From: Octopus sinensis
Lineage: Eukaryota
Assembly: GCF_006345805.1 (NCBI RefSeq)
Contig: NC_043005.1
Span: 2,914,001 to 2,978,000 of the forward strand
Reading direction: 5' to 3'
DNA: 64,000 bases
A program made the translations under genes and the position numbers. This document shows positions 50,661 through 63,847 of the stretch, piece by piece. The notes under the pieces were generated by a model that saw only the letters and a program-made list of their open reading frames with translations, was not told the origin of the DNA and made no database searches. The stretch's first letter is position 1, and each line of letters starts with the position of its first letter.

Positions 50661-51512
50661 TAAAACATACATTTTGCTCTATTTTTTTATTAAATTATTA
50701 TTAAATATTATCTATCTCTCTCTCTATATATATATATATATAAAATCAAATCAAATCAAATCAAACCAAATCAAAATAGATGAACATCAATGGAATTTGT
50801 ATCCTTGTGGTACCAGTGCCGGTGGCACATAAGAAAGCCATCTGAACGTGGCCGTAGCCAGTCCTGCATCGACTGGCCTCCGTGCTGTGGGCACGTAACA
50901 AACACCATCCGATCGTGGCCATTCGCCAGCCTCGTCTGGCACCTGTGTCGGTGGCAAATAAAAAACACCATCCGAGCGTGGCCGTCTGCCAGCCTCGTCT
51001 GGCACCTGTGTCGGTGGCACATAAAAGCACCCTCTACATTCTCGGAGTGGTTGGCGTTAGGAAGGGCATCCAGCTGTAGAAACACTGCCAGATCTGACTG
51101 GGTCTGGTGCAGCCTTCAGGCTTGCCAGACCCCAGTTGAACCGTCCAACCCATGCTAGCATGGAAAGCGGACGTTAAACGATGAATAATATATGTGTGTG
51201 ACTTGCCTGGAAGCACAGTCAGTTTGATTACATACTCAGAAGATAGTGACTGAATGGCATAAATGGTAGGGCAGCAGACCAAATATGTTGCAGTGTATAT
51301 TTGTCTCTCACCACCACTTGAGAATCAGAGTTAGATCGTTTATGTCCCCACAACTTAACAGTTTGGCAAAAGAGACCTACAAAATAAGTGCCAGATTTTA
51401 ATTTTTAAAATTATTTACTGGGGTCGATATATTCATCTAAACCCTTCAAGGTGGTACCTCAGCTTGGCTGCAATCCAATGACTGAAACAAATAAGATAGA
51501 ATATATGTAGTG

Positions 51513-51713
51513 CAGTGGTTTTCAACCAGGGTTCCGCCAGTACCGTGCAGGGGTTCCGCAAGAAGTTACAAAACTGCTAAAATCGGCAGTAATTTTTAAG
51601 TCTCCTGTGCAGATATGTGTGCATAAGACTATTAAATTATTGCACAGGGGTTCCTCGAGCCAGTGGAATGTTTCCTTGGGGTTCCACTCCAGCAGAAAGT
51701 TTGAAAAGCACTG
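51513..51713. mobile_element. hAT (Charlie-like) MITE, 201 bp
   Basis: Ends cagtggttttcaa and ttgaaaagcactg. Perfect 8-bp TSD atgtagtg at 51505-51512 and 51714-51721. Confidence 0.92.
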
Positions 51714-52640
51714 ATGTAGTGACACTAATTATGAACATCATCAACATGGCTGAAGAGAAAATACCTTGCAGTTGAAAAACTTTGGTCATTTGAGATTACC
51801 CAAACAATTTGTAGACAAAAAGCTTTCTCTGGAGAGAGTTTAAAATTTAAAATCAGTTTATAACACAGTGTCTGTTAGATTTTAACTTGATTAGAGAAAT
51901 GTTGTGGCCGTTGCCAGCCTCGTCTGGTCTCCGTGGTGGTGGCACGTAAAAAGCACCCACTGCACTCACGGAGTGGTTGGCGTTAGGAAGGGCATCCAGC
52001 TGTAGAAACACTGCCAGATCAGACTGGGCCGGGGGCAGCCTTCTGGCTTCACAGACCCCAGTTGAACCGTCCAACCCATGCTAGCATGGAAAGCGGACGT
52101 TAAATGATGATGATGATGATATATATATATATATATAGGCATGGGAGTGGCTGTGTGGTAAGTAGCTTGCTTACCAACCACATGGTTTCGGGTTCAATCC
52201 CACTGCGTGGCATCTTGGGCAAGTGTCTTTTGCTATAGCCTCGGGCCGACCAATGCCTTGTGAGTGGATTTCGTAGACGGAAACTGAAAGAAGCCTGTCG
52301 TATATATGTATATATATATGTATGTGTATATGTTTGTGTATCTGTATTTGTCCCCCCCACCATCGCTTGACAACCGATGCTGGTGTGTTTACGTCCCCGT
52401 CACTTAGCGGTTCGGCAAAAAAGAGACCGATAGAATAAGTACTGGGCTTACAAAGAATAAGTCCCGGGTCGATTTGCTCGACTAAAGGTGGTGCTCCAGC
52501 ATGGCCACAGTCAAATGGCTGAAACAAGTAAATGAGTAAATATATATATATAATAATAATAAAATTATATATAAATATATGCATATATACATACATATAT
52601 GTACATACCTACATCTATATGTATATATACATGCATATAT

Positions 52641-52781
52641 GGGTACAGGACATCAAAATTCCTTGTGTTGTATGTCTTGTGCTCTGTTCTTTCGTTGTTT
52701 GAAAAATAGTTCGATTTCATGTTTTTGTTTCTATGTTTTCGTTTCTCATTGTGTTCAACGTTTTTTTGATGTCCTGTACCC
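52641..52781. mobile_element. 141-bp element with perfect 18-bp inverted ends, inside a (TA)n tract
   Basis: gggtacaggacatcaaaa at the left end and ttttgatgtcctgtaccc at the right end, flanked by atat. Confidence 0.75.
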
Positions 52782-53179
52782 ATATAGATATAGATGTAGA
52801 TATGTACATATATATTTATATATTTTATTATTATATGATCGAACGCCACACATCCTTTTCCAAGTAAGTTTATATATATATCTATATATATATATCATCA
52901 TCGTTTAACGTCAGCTTTCCATGCTAGCATGGATTAGACTATTTGACTGAGAACTGGTGAACCAGGCTCCAGTCTGATCTGGCAGAGTTTCTACAGCTGG
53001 ATGCCCTTCCTAATGCCAACCACTCCATGAGTGTAGTTGGTGCTTTTACGTGCCACTCACACGAGGGCCAAACACGCAGTTCTGGCAACGGCCACACTCA
53101 AATGTTGTTTTTTATGTGCCACCTGCACAGGAGCCAGTCCAGCGGCACTGGCAACGACCTCACTCAAATATTTTTTATC

Positions 53180-53790
53180 AGTATCATTATTATTATTATC
53201 ATTATTGTTGTTATTATTATTATTATTAGGATTATTATTATCATTATCTTTATTATTATTATTATATTATTATTATTATTATCATTATCATTATTATTAT
53301 TATTATTGTTATTATTACTACTATTATTGTTGTTATTATTACTATTATTATTGTTGTTATTTTTATTATCATTATTAATATTATTATTATTATTATTGTT
53401 ATAATTATTATTATTATTATCATAATCATTATCATTATTATTATCATTATCATTCTCACTATCATTATTATTTTTAATATTATTATTATTTTTCTTATTA
53501 TTATTGTTATTGTTGTTGTTATTGTTATTATTATTATTATCATTATTATTATTAATATTATTATTATATTAATACTATTATTGTTGTTGTTGTTGTTATT
53601 ATTATTATGATAATTATCATTCTTCTTATTATTATTATCATTATCATTATTATTATTATTATCATTATTATTATCATCATCATTTTTATTATTATTTATG
53701 ATTATTATTATTATTATTATCATTATTATCATTATCATTATTATCATTATCGTTATCATTATTATTATTCTTAATATTATTATTATTGTT
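53180..53790. repeat. (ATT/ATC/GTT)n compound microsatellite
   Basis: Read directly. A further block lies at 54368-54527. Confidence 0.95.
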
Positions 53791-54526
53791 ATTGAGTGAG
53801 CGAGCAGAGCATGCCATCAAAGTGACACTGGGGTAAAATATACGAAGCCCCATATACCCATCATGACTGCCCGTCTGATAAGGGTACACCAGGCACATGC
53901 ATCACAACCATATGTGCGCGACATGGTGATCTCATATCAAGATAAACAGCACATGACCTTGAAGGTTGGACCCAGTTAGAATTTTCTTCAGGTTGAGTAG
54001 CCCATCCCGCTCAAAAGGTCCCTGAATAAGGGTTGTTTAAGGATGTTGAACGAACTGCCCATGCTTCCAGTGGTGAATTATTCAAATCCCAAACAATCCC
54101 TCTCAACACATGGCTAAGATGCTCCCCCACTACTTCTGCTCGTGATCAGAGATGCACATATCGTCAGCCACTAAGGGACATGCTCAACTGGTTAAGGTCA
54201 AACAACTGACAAGCAAATCTGTGGTATTGAGCAGAATATTTGCTGTAGCCCATCTTTTATACCAAGACAAAATAATGTACATGATAACACTTCCAATCAG
54301 TTAAGATCAGAAGCCATTATTATTGATTGATTGATTCTAGTTTCAGCTCATGAGCTGTGGCCATGCTGATCATTATTATTATTACTATTAATACTATTCT
54401 TCTTCTTCATCTTATTATTATTATTAATATTATTATTATTATTATTATTATTATCATTATCACTATTATTATCATTATCAATATTATTATTATTCATATT
54501 ATTATTATTATTATTATCATTATCAT

Positions 54527-57500
54527 TGATCTCTTGCGGCACCGTCTTTGATCACTGTCGGCACCCTCTTTGATCTCTTTCGGCACCATCTTTGATATAT
54601 GTCGGCACCCACTTTGATCTCTGTCGACAGGCTCTTTGATCTCTTTCGGCACCATCTTTGATATATGTCGGCACCCTCTTTGATCTCTGTCGGCACTCCT
54701 CTTTAATCTCGGTCGGCTCGCTCTTCAATCTCTGTTGACACCCTCTTCGATATCTGTCGGCAACACCTTTGATCTCTGTCGGCACCCTCTTTGATATCTG
54801 TCGGCGCCCACTTTGATCTTTGTCGGCACTCCTCATTGATCTCTGTCGGCACGCTCTTAGATATGTGGAATGTCAGGAATGACTGGAATGTCTGGAATAT
54901 CTGTCGGCACCCTCTTTGATCTCTGTCGGCACTCCTCTTTAATCTCTCGGCACGATCTTTGATCTCTGTCGGCACTCCACTTTAATCTATGTCGACTCGC
55001 TATTTGATCTCTATCGGCACCCTCTTTGATCTGTCGGCACATTCTATGATCTCTGTCGGGTCCTCTTTGATCTCTGTCGGCACTCCTCTTTAATCTCTGT
55101 CGGCTCGCTCTTTGATCTCTGTCGGCACCCTCTTTGATCTCTGTCTGCCCCCACTTTGACCTCTGTCGGTACTCTTTAATATCTGTCGGCAGGCCCTTTG
55201 ACCTCTGTCGGCGATCTCTTTGATCTATGTCGACTCCTTCTTTGATATCTTTCGGCACCATCTTTGATACATGTCGGCACCATCTTTGATCTATGTCAGC
55301 GCCCTCTTTAGACTCTGTCGGCACCCACTTTGATCTCTCTCTACTCTCATCTTTGATATATATCGGCACTCCTCTTTAATCTCTGTCGGCTCGCTCTTTG
55401 ATCTCTGTCGGCACCCTCTTTGATATCTGTCGACACCCACTTTGATATCTGTCGACAGGCTCTTTGACCTCTGTCGGCACTCCTCTTTAATCTATGTCGA
55501 CACCCTCTTTGATCTATGTCGGCAGACTCTTTGACCTCTGTCGGTGCCCTCTTTGATCAATATCTGTCGGCACCCTCTTTGATTTATGTTTGCACCATCT
55601 TTGATATCTTTCGCGACCCTCTTTGAACTCCTTCGGCACTCCTCTTTAATCTCTGTCGGCACTCTCTTTGATCTCTGTCGGCACGATCTTTAATCTCTGT
55701 CGGCACCGTCTTTAATCTCTGTCGGCACCCTCTATGATCTCTTTCGGGACCGTCTTTGACCTCTGTCGGCTTTTTGATCTCTGTCGACACCCTCTTTGAC
55801 ATCTTTCGGCATGCTCTTTGATCTATGTCGGCACTCTTCTTTGATCTCTTTCGGCACCCTCTATGATCTATTTCAGGACCGTCTTTGATCCCTGTATGCA
55901 CGCTCTTTGATCTATGTCGGCACTCTTCTTTGATCTCTGTCGGCACGCTATTTGATCTCTTTCGGCTCCCTCTATGATCTATTTCAGGACCGTCTTTGAT
56001 CTCTGTATGCACGCTCTTTTATTTCTATCGGCACGCTCTTTGATCTCTATCGTCAGGCTCTTTGATCTCTGTCGGCACGCTCTTTGATCTCTTTCGGCAC
56101 CCTCTATGATCTATTTCAGGACCGTCTTTGATCTCTGTATGCACGCTCTTTGATTTCTATCGGCACCATCTTTGATCTCTGTCGGCACGCTCTTTGATCT
56201 CTTTCGGCTCCCTCTATGATCTATTTCGGGACCGTCTTTGATCTCTGTATGCACGCTCTTTGATTTCTATCGGCACGCTCTTTGATCTCTATCGTCAGGC
56301 TCTTTGATCTCTGTCGGCGCCATCTTTGATCTCTGCCGGCACGCTCTTTGATCTCTGTCGGAACCCTCTTTGATCTCTGTCGGCACCCTCTTTGATCTCT
56401 GTCGGCACGCTCTTTGATCTCTGTCGGCACCATCTTTGATCTCTTTCGTTATCCTCTTTGATCTCTGTCAACACTCCTCTTTGATCTCTTTCAGCACGTT
56501 CTTTGATCTCTGCCGGCACGCTCTTTGATCTCTGTCGGCACCCTCTTAGATCTCTTTCGTTATCCTCTTTGATCTCTGTCAACACTCCTCTTTGATCTCT
56601 ATCGGCACGCTCTTTGATCTCTGTCGGCACCTTCTTAGATCTCTTTCGTTATCCTCTTTGATCTCTGTCAACACTCCTCTTTGATCTCTTTCGGCACGCT
56701 CTTTGATCTCTGTCGGCACCATCTTTGATCTCTTTCGTTATCCTCTTTGATCTCTGTCAACACTCCTCTTTGATCTCTTTCGGCACCCTCTTTGATCTCT
56801 GTCGGCACGCTCTTTGATCTCTGTCGGCACCCTCTTAGATCTCTTTCGTTATCCTCTTTGATCTCTGTCAACACTCCTCTTTGATCTCTTTCGGCACACT
56901 CTTTGATCTCTGTCGGCACTCTCTTAGATCTCTTTCGTTATCCTCTTTGATCTCTGTCGGCACCATCTTTGATCTCTTTCGTTATCCTCTTTGATCTCTG
57001 TCAACACTCCTCTTTGATCTCTGTCGGCACGCTCTTTGATCTCTGTCGGCACCCTCTTTGATCTCTGTCGGCACGCTCTTTGATCTCTGCCGGCACAATC
57101 TTTGATCTCTGTCGGAACGCTCTTTGATCTCTGTCGGAACCCTCTTTGATCTCTGTCGGCACGCTCTTTGATCTCTGTCGGCACCCTCTTTGATCTCTGC
57201 CGGCACGCTCTTTGATCTCTGTCGGCACCCTCTTTGATCTCTGTCGGCACGCTCTTTGATCTCTGTCGGCACCCTCTTAGATCTCTTTCGTTATCCTCTT
57301 TGATCTCTGTCAACACTCCTCTTTGATCTCTGCCGGCACGCTCTTTGATCTCTGTCGGCACCCTCTTTGATCTCTGTCGGTACGCTCTTTGATCTCTGTC
57401 GGAACCCTCTTTGATCTCTGTCGGCACCCTCTTTGATCTCTGTCGGCACGCTCTTTGATCTCTGTCGGCACCCTCTTAGATCTCTTTCGTTATCCTCTTT

Positions 57501-57918
57501 GATCTCTGTCAACACTCCTCTTTGATCTCTTTCGGCACCCTCTTTGATCTCTGTCGGCACTCTCTTTGATATCTGTCGGCACCCTCTTTGATCTCTGTCG
57601 GCACGCTCTTTGATCTCTGTCGGCACCATCTTTGATCTCTTTCGTTATCCTCTGTCAACACTCCTCTTTGATCTCTTTCGGCACCCTCTATGTTCTATTT
57701 TGGGACCGTCTTTGATCTCTGTCGGAACAATCTTTGATCTCTTTCGGCACACTCTTTGATCTCTGTTGACACGCTCTTTGATCTCTATCGTCAGGCTATT
57801 TGATCTCTGTCGGCGCCATCTTTGATCTCTGTGGGAACCCTCTTTGATCACTGTCGGCAGACTCTTTGATCTCTGTCGGCACTCCTCTTTGAGCTCTGTC
57901 GGCACGCTCTTTGATATC
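54527..57918. repeat. Minisatellite array of about 150 units of 22 bp (consensus ctctttgatctctgtcggcacc/g)
   Basis: Continuous tandem units over about 3.39 kb, with variant units in locally repeated blocks. Confidence 0.95.
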
Positions 57919-57919
57919 A

Positions 57920-58440
57920 AAGTATTAGTAGAAGTCGTAGTAGTAGTAGTAGTAATAATAATAATAAAAATAATAAGAATAATGATGATAATATTTATAA
58001 TAAAAATAATAATAATGATAGTAGTAGTATTAGCAGCAGTAGTAGTAGTAGCAGTAGTAGTAGTAATAATAATAATAATAGAAATAGTAGTAGTAGTAAT
58101 AGTGATAGTAATAATAATATTAATAATAATAATAATAGTAGTATTAGTATAAATAGTAATAGTATTAATAATAATAATGATAGTAGAAGTAGTAATAGTA
58201 GTAGTAGTATTAGTAGTAAAAATACTAATGATAATAATATTAATAATAATAATAGTAGTAGCAGTAAAAGTCATAGTAATATAAATAATAATGATATTAA
58301 TAATAAACATAATAATAATAATTGTAGTAGTAGTATTAGTAGGAGTAGTAGTAGTAATAGTAATATTAATGATAATAATAATAAGAAGAAAAATAATAGT
58401 AGTAGTAGTAGTAATAATAATAATAGTAGAAATATTAGTA

Positions 58441-58472
<32 letters not shown>

Positions 58473-59178
58473 ATATTAGTAAAAGTAATAATAGTAGTAG
58501 TAGTACTAGTCATAATAATAATATTAATAATAATTATAATAATAATAATAGCAGTAGTAGTAGTAGTAGTAATAATAATAGTTGTTGTAGTAGTAGTAGT
58601 AAAAGTAATAAAAATAATATTAATAATAATAATAGTAGTAGTAGTAATAGTAATAATATAGTAGTAGTTGTAGTGGTGGTAGTAGTAGTAGTAATAATAA
58701 TGATAATATTAATAATAATAATAAAGATAATAGTAGTTGTAGTAGTAGCAGTAGTAGTAATTGTAATAGTTAAAATAATAGTAATAATAATCATAGTATT
58801 AGAAGTAGTAGTAGTAGTAGTAGTAATAATAATAACAATAATAATTTTAATATTATTAATAATAGTAGTAGTTGTAGTAGTAGTATAAATAGTAATAGTA
58901 ATAATAATAGTAGTAGTAATAGGAGTAGTAGTACTAGAAGTTGTAATTGTAGTAGTAGTAGTAATAGTAAAATAATAATGATAAGAATAATAATAGTAGT
59001 AGTAGTGATAGTAATAATAATAATGATAATGAAAATAATAATATTAGTAATAGTTGTAGTAGTAGTAGTTGTGGTAATAGTAATTGTAATAATAATAATA
59101 TTAGTAGTAGTAGTAGTAGTAGTAATATTAATAGTAATAGAAATATTAATAGTAATGGTAATAATAATAATAGTAGTA
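57920..59178. repeat. (AAT/AGT)n compound microsatellite
   Basis: Read directly. Confidence 0.95.
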
Positions 59179-61268
59179 TTAGTTAGTTAGTTAGTTAGTT
59201 AATTTGGCTCAAAAGCAAATAGCAAGGCCATGTAGGGGGACATGGAGTTAAGTACAGGGTGGTGTTCATGTAAAGAGTTCAGGCCACTTGAGGTCCAGGG
59301 AGGCTTTGAACAAAGCGGTCGTCGGCATCTTCACCATCTCGTCTGGCAGCTTGTTCCACGGATCCGCAACCCGGACGGAGTAAGCTCCTCTCCTTCGATT
59401 GAGATGAAATCATTGCAGGTAGAGCTTTTCGGAATGACCCCGCAGCCGACGCTCCGGAGCAGGAGTGAAGAACAGCTCTTTCGAGAGGTTACACTTCCCA
59501 CTTATGATGTTGTGGGCGAGAATGAGATCACCACGGCGGCGGCGTTTTTCAAGAGAATAAAGGTCGAGCGTCCTCAGCCTTTCTTCGTAGGACAAATTTT
59601 TGAGACCTTGAACCAGGCGGGTAGCCAGCCTCTGGACTCTTTCGAGGTGCTGTATGTCTTTGAGGAGATAAGGAGAAGAGGCTTGAATCCTATACTCCAA
59701 TATGGGTCTCACCAGCGTGACATAGAGTGGCAGGAATATGGCTGCTGTGAGCATTCCGAATGACCGTCGAATCAAAAACAGAATTCCGCGCACTTTGTTG
59801 GCAGCATGGACGCACTGGGCCGAAGGCGAAAAGGAGGAATCCACCAAGATACCCAGGTCCTTTACCTGATCGGTCCTCTCCAGCAGCAGCAGACGACCCG
59901 GCTCGAAATCAAGTTGAGTTGCAGGAGTAGAGCCGACAGGCAGATGACAGCACTTTGACACGTTCAGACACAGGTCCCAATCGTTAGACCACTTCCAAAT
60001 TTGGTGGAGGCATCGACGAAGATCCTCTATACTACCGCGAGGAGCGACCAGTTTGATATCGTCGGCAAATAGAAGGGTGTGTTGCGTGAGGTCGTCGGGC
60101 AAGTCATTTATGAAGACTAAGAACAACAAGGGCCCAAGCACTGAACCTTGAGGCACGCCACTGCCCGCACTGGAGACGTCGGACCGCGAACCATTAACTT
60201 GAACTTGGAAGGAGCGATCTGAGAGGAAGGCACCAACCCATCGTACAATATCCGGATGGAAACTATATGCTTGAAGCTTGACAAGTAGTAGGCGGTGGTT
60301 TACCGAGTCAAAAGCTTTGGCAAAGTCCAATAAAACGATGTCAACAGCATCACTATCATCGAGGATGCGCGTCACCAATTCTTCCATTACTAGTAAGTTG
60401 GTCAAGCATGATCTCTTCGGCACGAAGCCGTGTTGGGAATCAGTGATCGAGGCTGTGCTTAGGAGGTGGAGCATCATACTTTTCTTAAGGATGGTTTCGA
60501 ACATCTTGCTGATTATTGATGTAAGGGAAACCGGTCGGTAGTTAAGCGGGTCTTCGCGGCTCCCTTTCTTGAAAATTGGGCAGATTATCGCTGTTCTCCA
60601 GTCTGCAGGTATAGCACCCGTCGCCAATGACATATTGAATAGTCGTGTTAAGGGCTCGCAGATGACCGGAGCCAACGCTTTGATAACCCGTGGGTGTATG
60701 CCGTCAGGGCCGTGACCCTTGTTGACATCGAGGCCTTGAATAACACGTTTGACTTGGTCCCGCGTGATGATCAATCGAAGCATTGGAGGTACCGATCTAT
60801 CAAATGGAGGGGGTTCACGACCATCATCTTGTTTGAAAATAGTTGAAAAAGCCTCGGCAAATAGTTGACTCTGTTGATAAGGGTCCTCAATCGATACGCC
60901 TGTTGAGTCTACCAACGTTGCAATCTGGTTGTTCAAGCGGGAATTCCGCTGGACATGGGCAAAGAAGGTTTTTGGATTGCTACTGGCACTTGCCGCGATT
61001 TTGTATTCATAACTGAAGCGTTCTTTCTTTTCAATTTTCACGGCTCGGTCTCGTTGAGTTTTGTACACCTCAAAAGCTGCAGTCGAATCCAGATTTTTGA
61101 ATTCAGCCCAAGCAATATCTCTGAGTCGACGTTCTCGTTTAACCTTCTTCGTCACCCAGGGCTTGTGTTTCTTCCTCTTGGGAAGTCCAACAGGAACTGC
61201 CTGGTCAGTCAAACAGATTACATATGCTTTGAGGGATGACCATAGTTCGTCAACTGAGGACAACGTAT
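59179..61268 (-). mobile_element. CR1-clade LINE, 5'-truncated and young, with (TAAC)n tail
   Basis: About 620 uninterrupted codons: KGHGPDG, NYRPVSLTS, SQHGF, CLTNLL, LLDFAKAFDSV, GVPQGSVLGP, FADD, SLEKRRRRGDL. One premature TGA (59410-59412), 48 codons before the natural stop (59266-59268). Tail at 59179-59201. Confidence 0.93.
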
Positions 61269-63816
61269 TGTAGTAGTAGTAGTAGTAGGTTAGAGTTAGT
61301 AATAGTAATAATAATAATAATACTAGTAATAATAATAAGAATAGGAATAACATTAATAATAAAAGTAGTAGTAATAGTTGTTGCTGTAGTAATAATAATA
61401 ATAATAATCATAATGATAATATTAATAGTACTAATTATAATAATAATAATAATGGTAGTAGTAGTTGTAGTAGTAGAAGTAATAATAATAATAAGAATAG
61501 TAGTAGTAGTAGTAAAAGTAGTTGTAGTAATATTAATGATAATAATAAGAAGAATAGTAGCAGTAGTAGTAGTAATAGTAATAATAATAATATTAATAAT
61601 GGTAGTAGTAGTAGTAGTAGTAGTGGTAGTAGTAGTAATAGTAATTTTAATAATAATAATATTAGTAGTAGTAGAAGTAGTAATAATAATATTAATAATT
61701 ATAATAATAATAATAGCAGTAGTAGTAATAACAATAATAATAATAATATTAAAAGTAGTAGTTGTAGTAATAGTAGTAGTATTAGTAGTAGTAGTAGTAA
61801 AGGTAATAGTAATAATAATAATAATATTAATAATAATAATAGTAGTTGTTGTAGTAGTCATAGAAATAGTAATAATAATTATAATATTAATATTAATAAT
61901 ATTACTAGTAGTAGTAGTAAAAGTATTTTAAAAAGAAATAGTAATAATAATATTAAACATAATAATAATAGTAGTAGTTTTAGTATTAGTAGGAGTAATA
62001 GTAATATTAATGATAATATTAATGATAATGATAATAAGAATAATATTAATAGCAGTAGTAGTAGTAATAATAATAATAATAATAGTAGAAATAGTAGTAG
62101 TAGTAATATCAGTAAAAGTAATAATAATAATAATATTATTAATAATAATAATAATATTTATAATTATAATAATAGCAGTAGTAGTAGTAGTATTAATAGT
62201 TGTTGTAGTAGTAGTAGTAGTAGTAGTAAAAGTTAATGGTAATAATAATAATAGTAGTAGTAATAGTAATAATAATAGTAGTAGTAGTAGTAGTTGTTGT
62301 AGTAGTACTAGTTGTAGCAGTAGTAGTAATAGTAACAGTAATAGTAATAATAATAATAATAATAATAGTATTAGAAGTAGTAGTTGTAGTAGTAGTAATA
62401 ATGATAATAATAATTGTAGTAGTATTAGAAGTAGTAATTGTAGTAGTAATAGTAAAAATAAGTATAATAATAGTAGTTGTAGTATTATTACTATTACTAT
62501 TAATATTTCAATAACTATTACTGTTAATACTACTACTATTTTTATTACTATTATTATTATTATTACTATTACTACTACAACTGCTACAACTAAACTACTA
62601 CTACTACTACTGTTATTATTATAATAATAATAATTATTATTATTATCATTATTACTATTACTACTACTACTGCTACTACTACTATTACTATTATTATTAT
62701 AATTATTATCATAATTATTATTATTACTATTAATATTACTACTACTACTACTGCTACTGTTAATACTATTATCATTATTAGTATTACTATTACTATTACA
62801 ATTAGTAATGCTATTACTACTACTACTAATACTACTACTACTATTATTATTATTATAAATATTAATATTTCTATTAATAATAATAATATTAATAATAATA
62901 AGAAGAATAGTAGTAGTAATAATAGTTGTAGTAGTAGAAGTAGCAGCACTAGTAGTAGTAGTAGTAATAGTAATAATAATAATGATAATAATAATAATAA
63001 CAATATTAATAGTAGTAGTCGTAGTAGTAGTAGTAGTAATAATAAAAATAATTATAATAATGATAATATTAATAATAAGAATAATAATAATGATAGTAGT
63101 AGTTGTAGTATTAGTAGCATTAGCAGTAGTAGTAGTTGTAGTAGTAGTAGTAGTATTAGTAGCATTAGCAGTAGTAGTAGTCGTAGTAGTAGTAGCAGCA
63201 GCAGCAATAGTAGTAGTATTAGTAGTAGTAGGAGTAATAGTATTATTATTATCCTTATTATTATTATTATTGTTATAATCATTATTATTATTATTATTAT
63301 GATCATTATTATTATTATTATTATCATTATTATTTATATTATTATTATTATTAGTATTATCATAATTATTATTATCATTATTATTATCATTATTACTATT
63401 ATTTTTTTATTATTATTATTAGTATTATTATTATCATTATTATTCATAATATTATTATTATTATATTTATCATTATTATTATTATTATTTTTATTATTAT
63501 CATTATCATTATTATTATTATCATTATCATTATTAATATTATTATTCTTATGATCATTACCATTATTATTATTATTTATATTATTATTATTAATATTATT
63601 ATTATTATCATTATTATTATTATTAATATCATTATCATTATGATTATTATTACTATTGTTGTTATTATTATTATTATCATCATTATTATTATTGTTATTA
63701 TTATTAGTATTATTATCATTATTATCATTATTATTTTCATTATTATTATTATCATTATCATCATTATAATTATCATTATGATTATTATTATTATTATTAA
63801 TAATATTATCATTATT

Positions 63817-63847
<31 letters not shown>

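Noticed and set aside
54527-57918. CRISPR-like array or repetitive protein gene
   Set aside because: Units are contiguous with no unique spacers and there are no cas genes. The ORFs arise because the 22-bp unit lacks stops on one strand; there are no splice or start signals.
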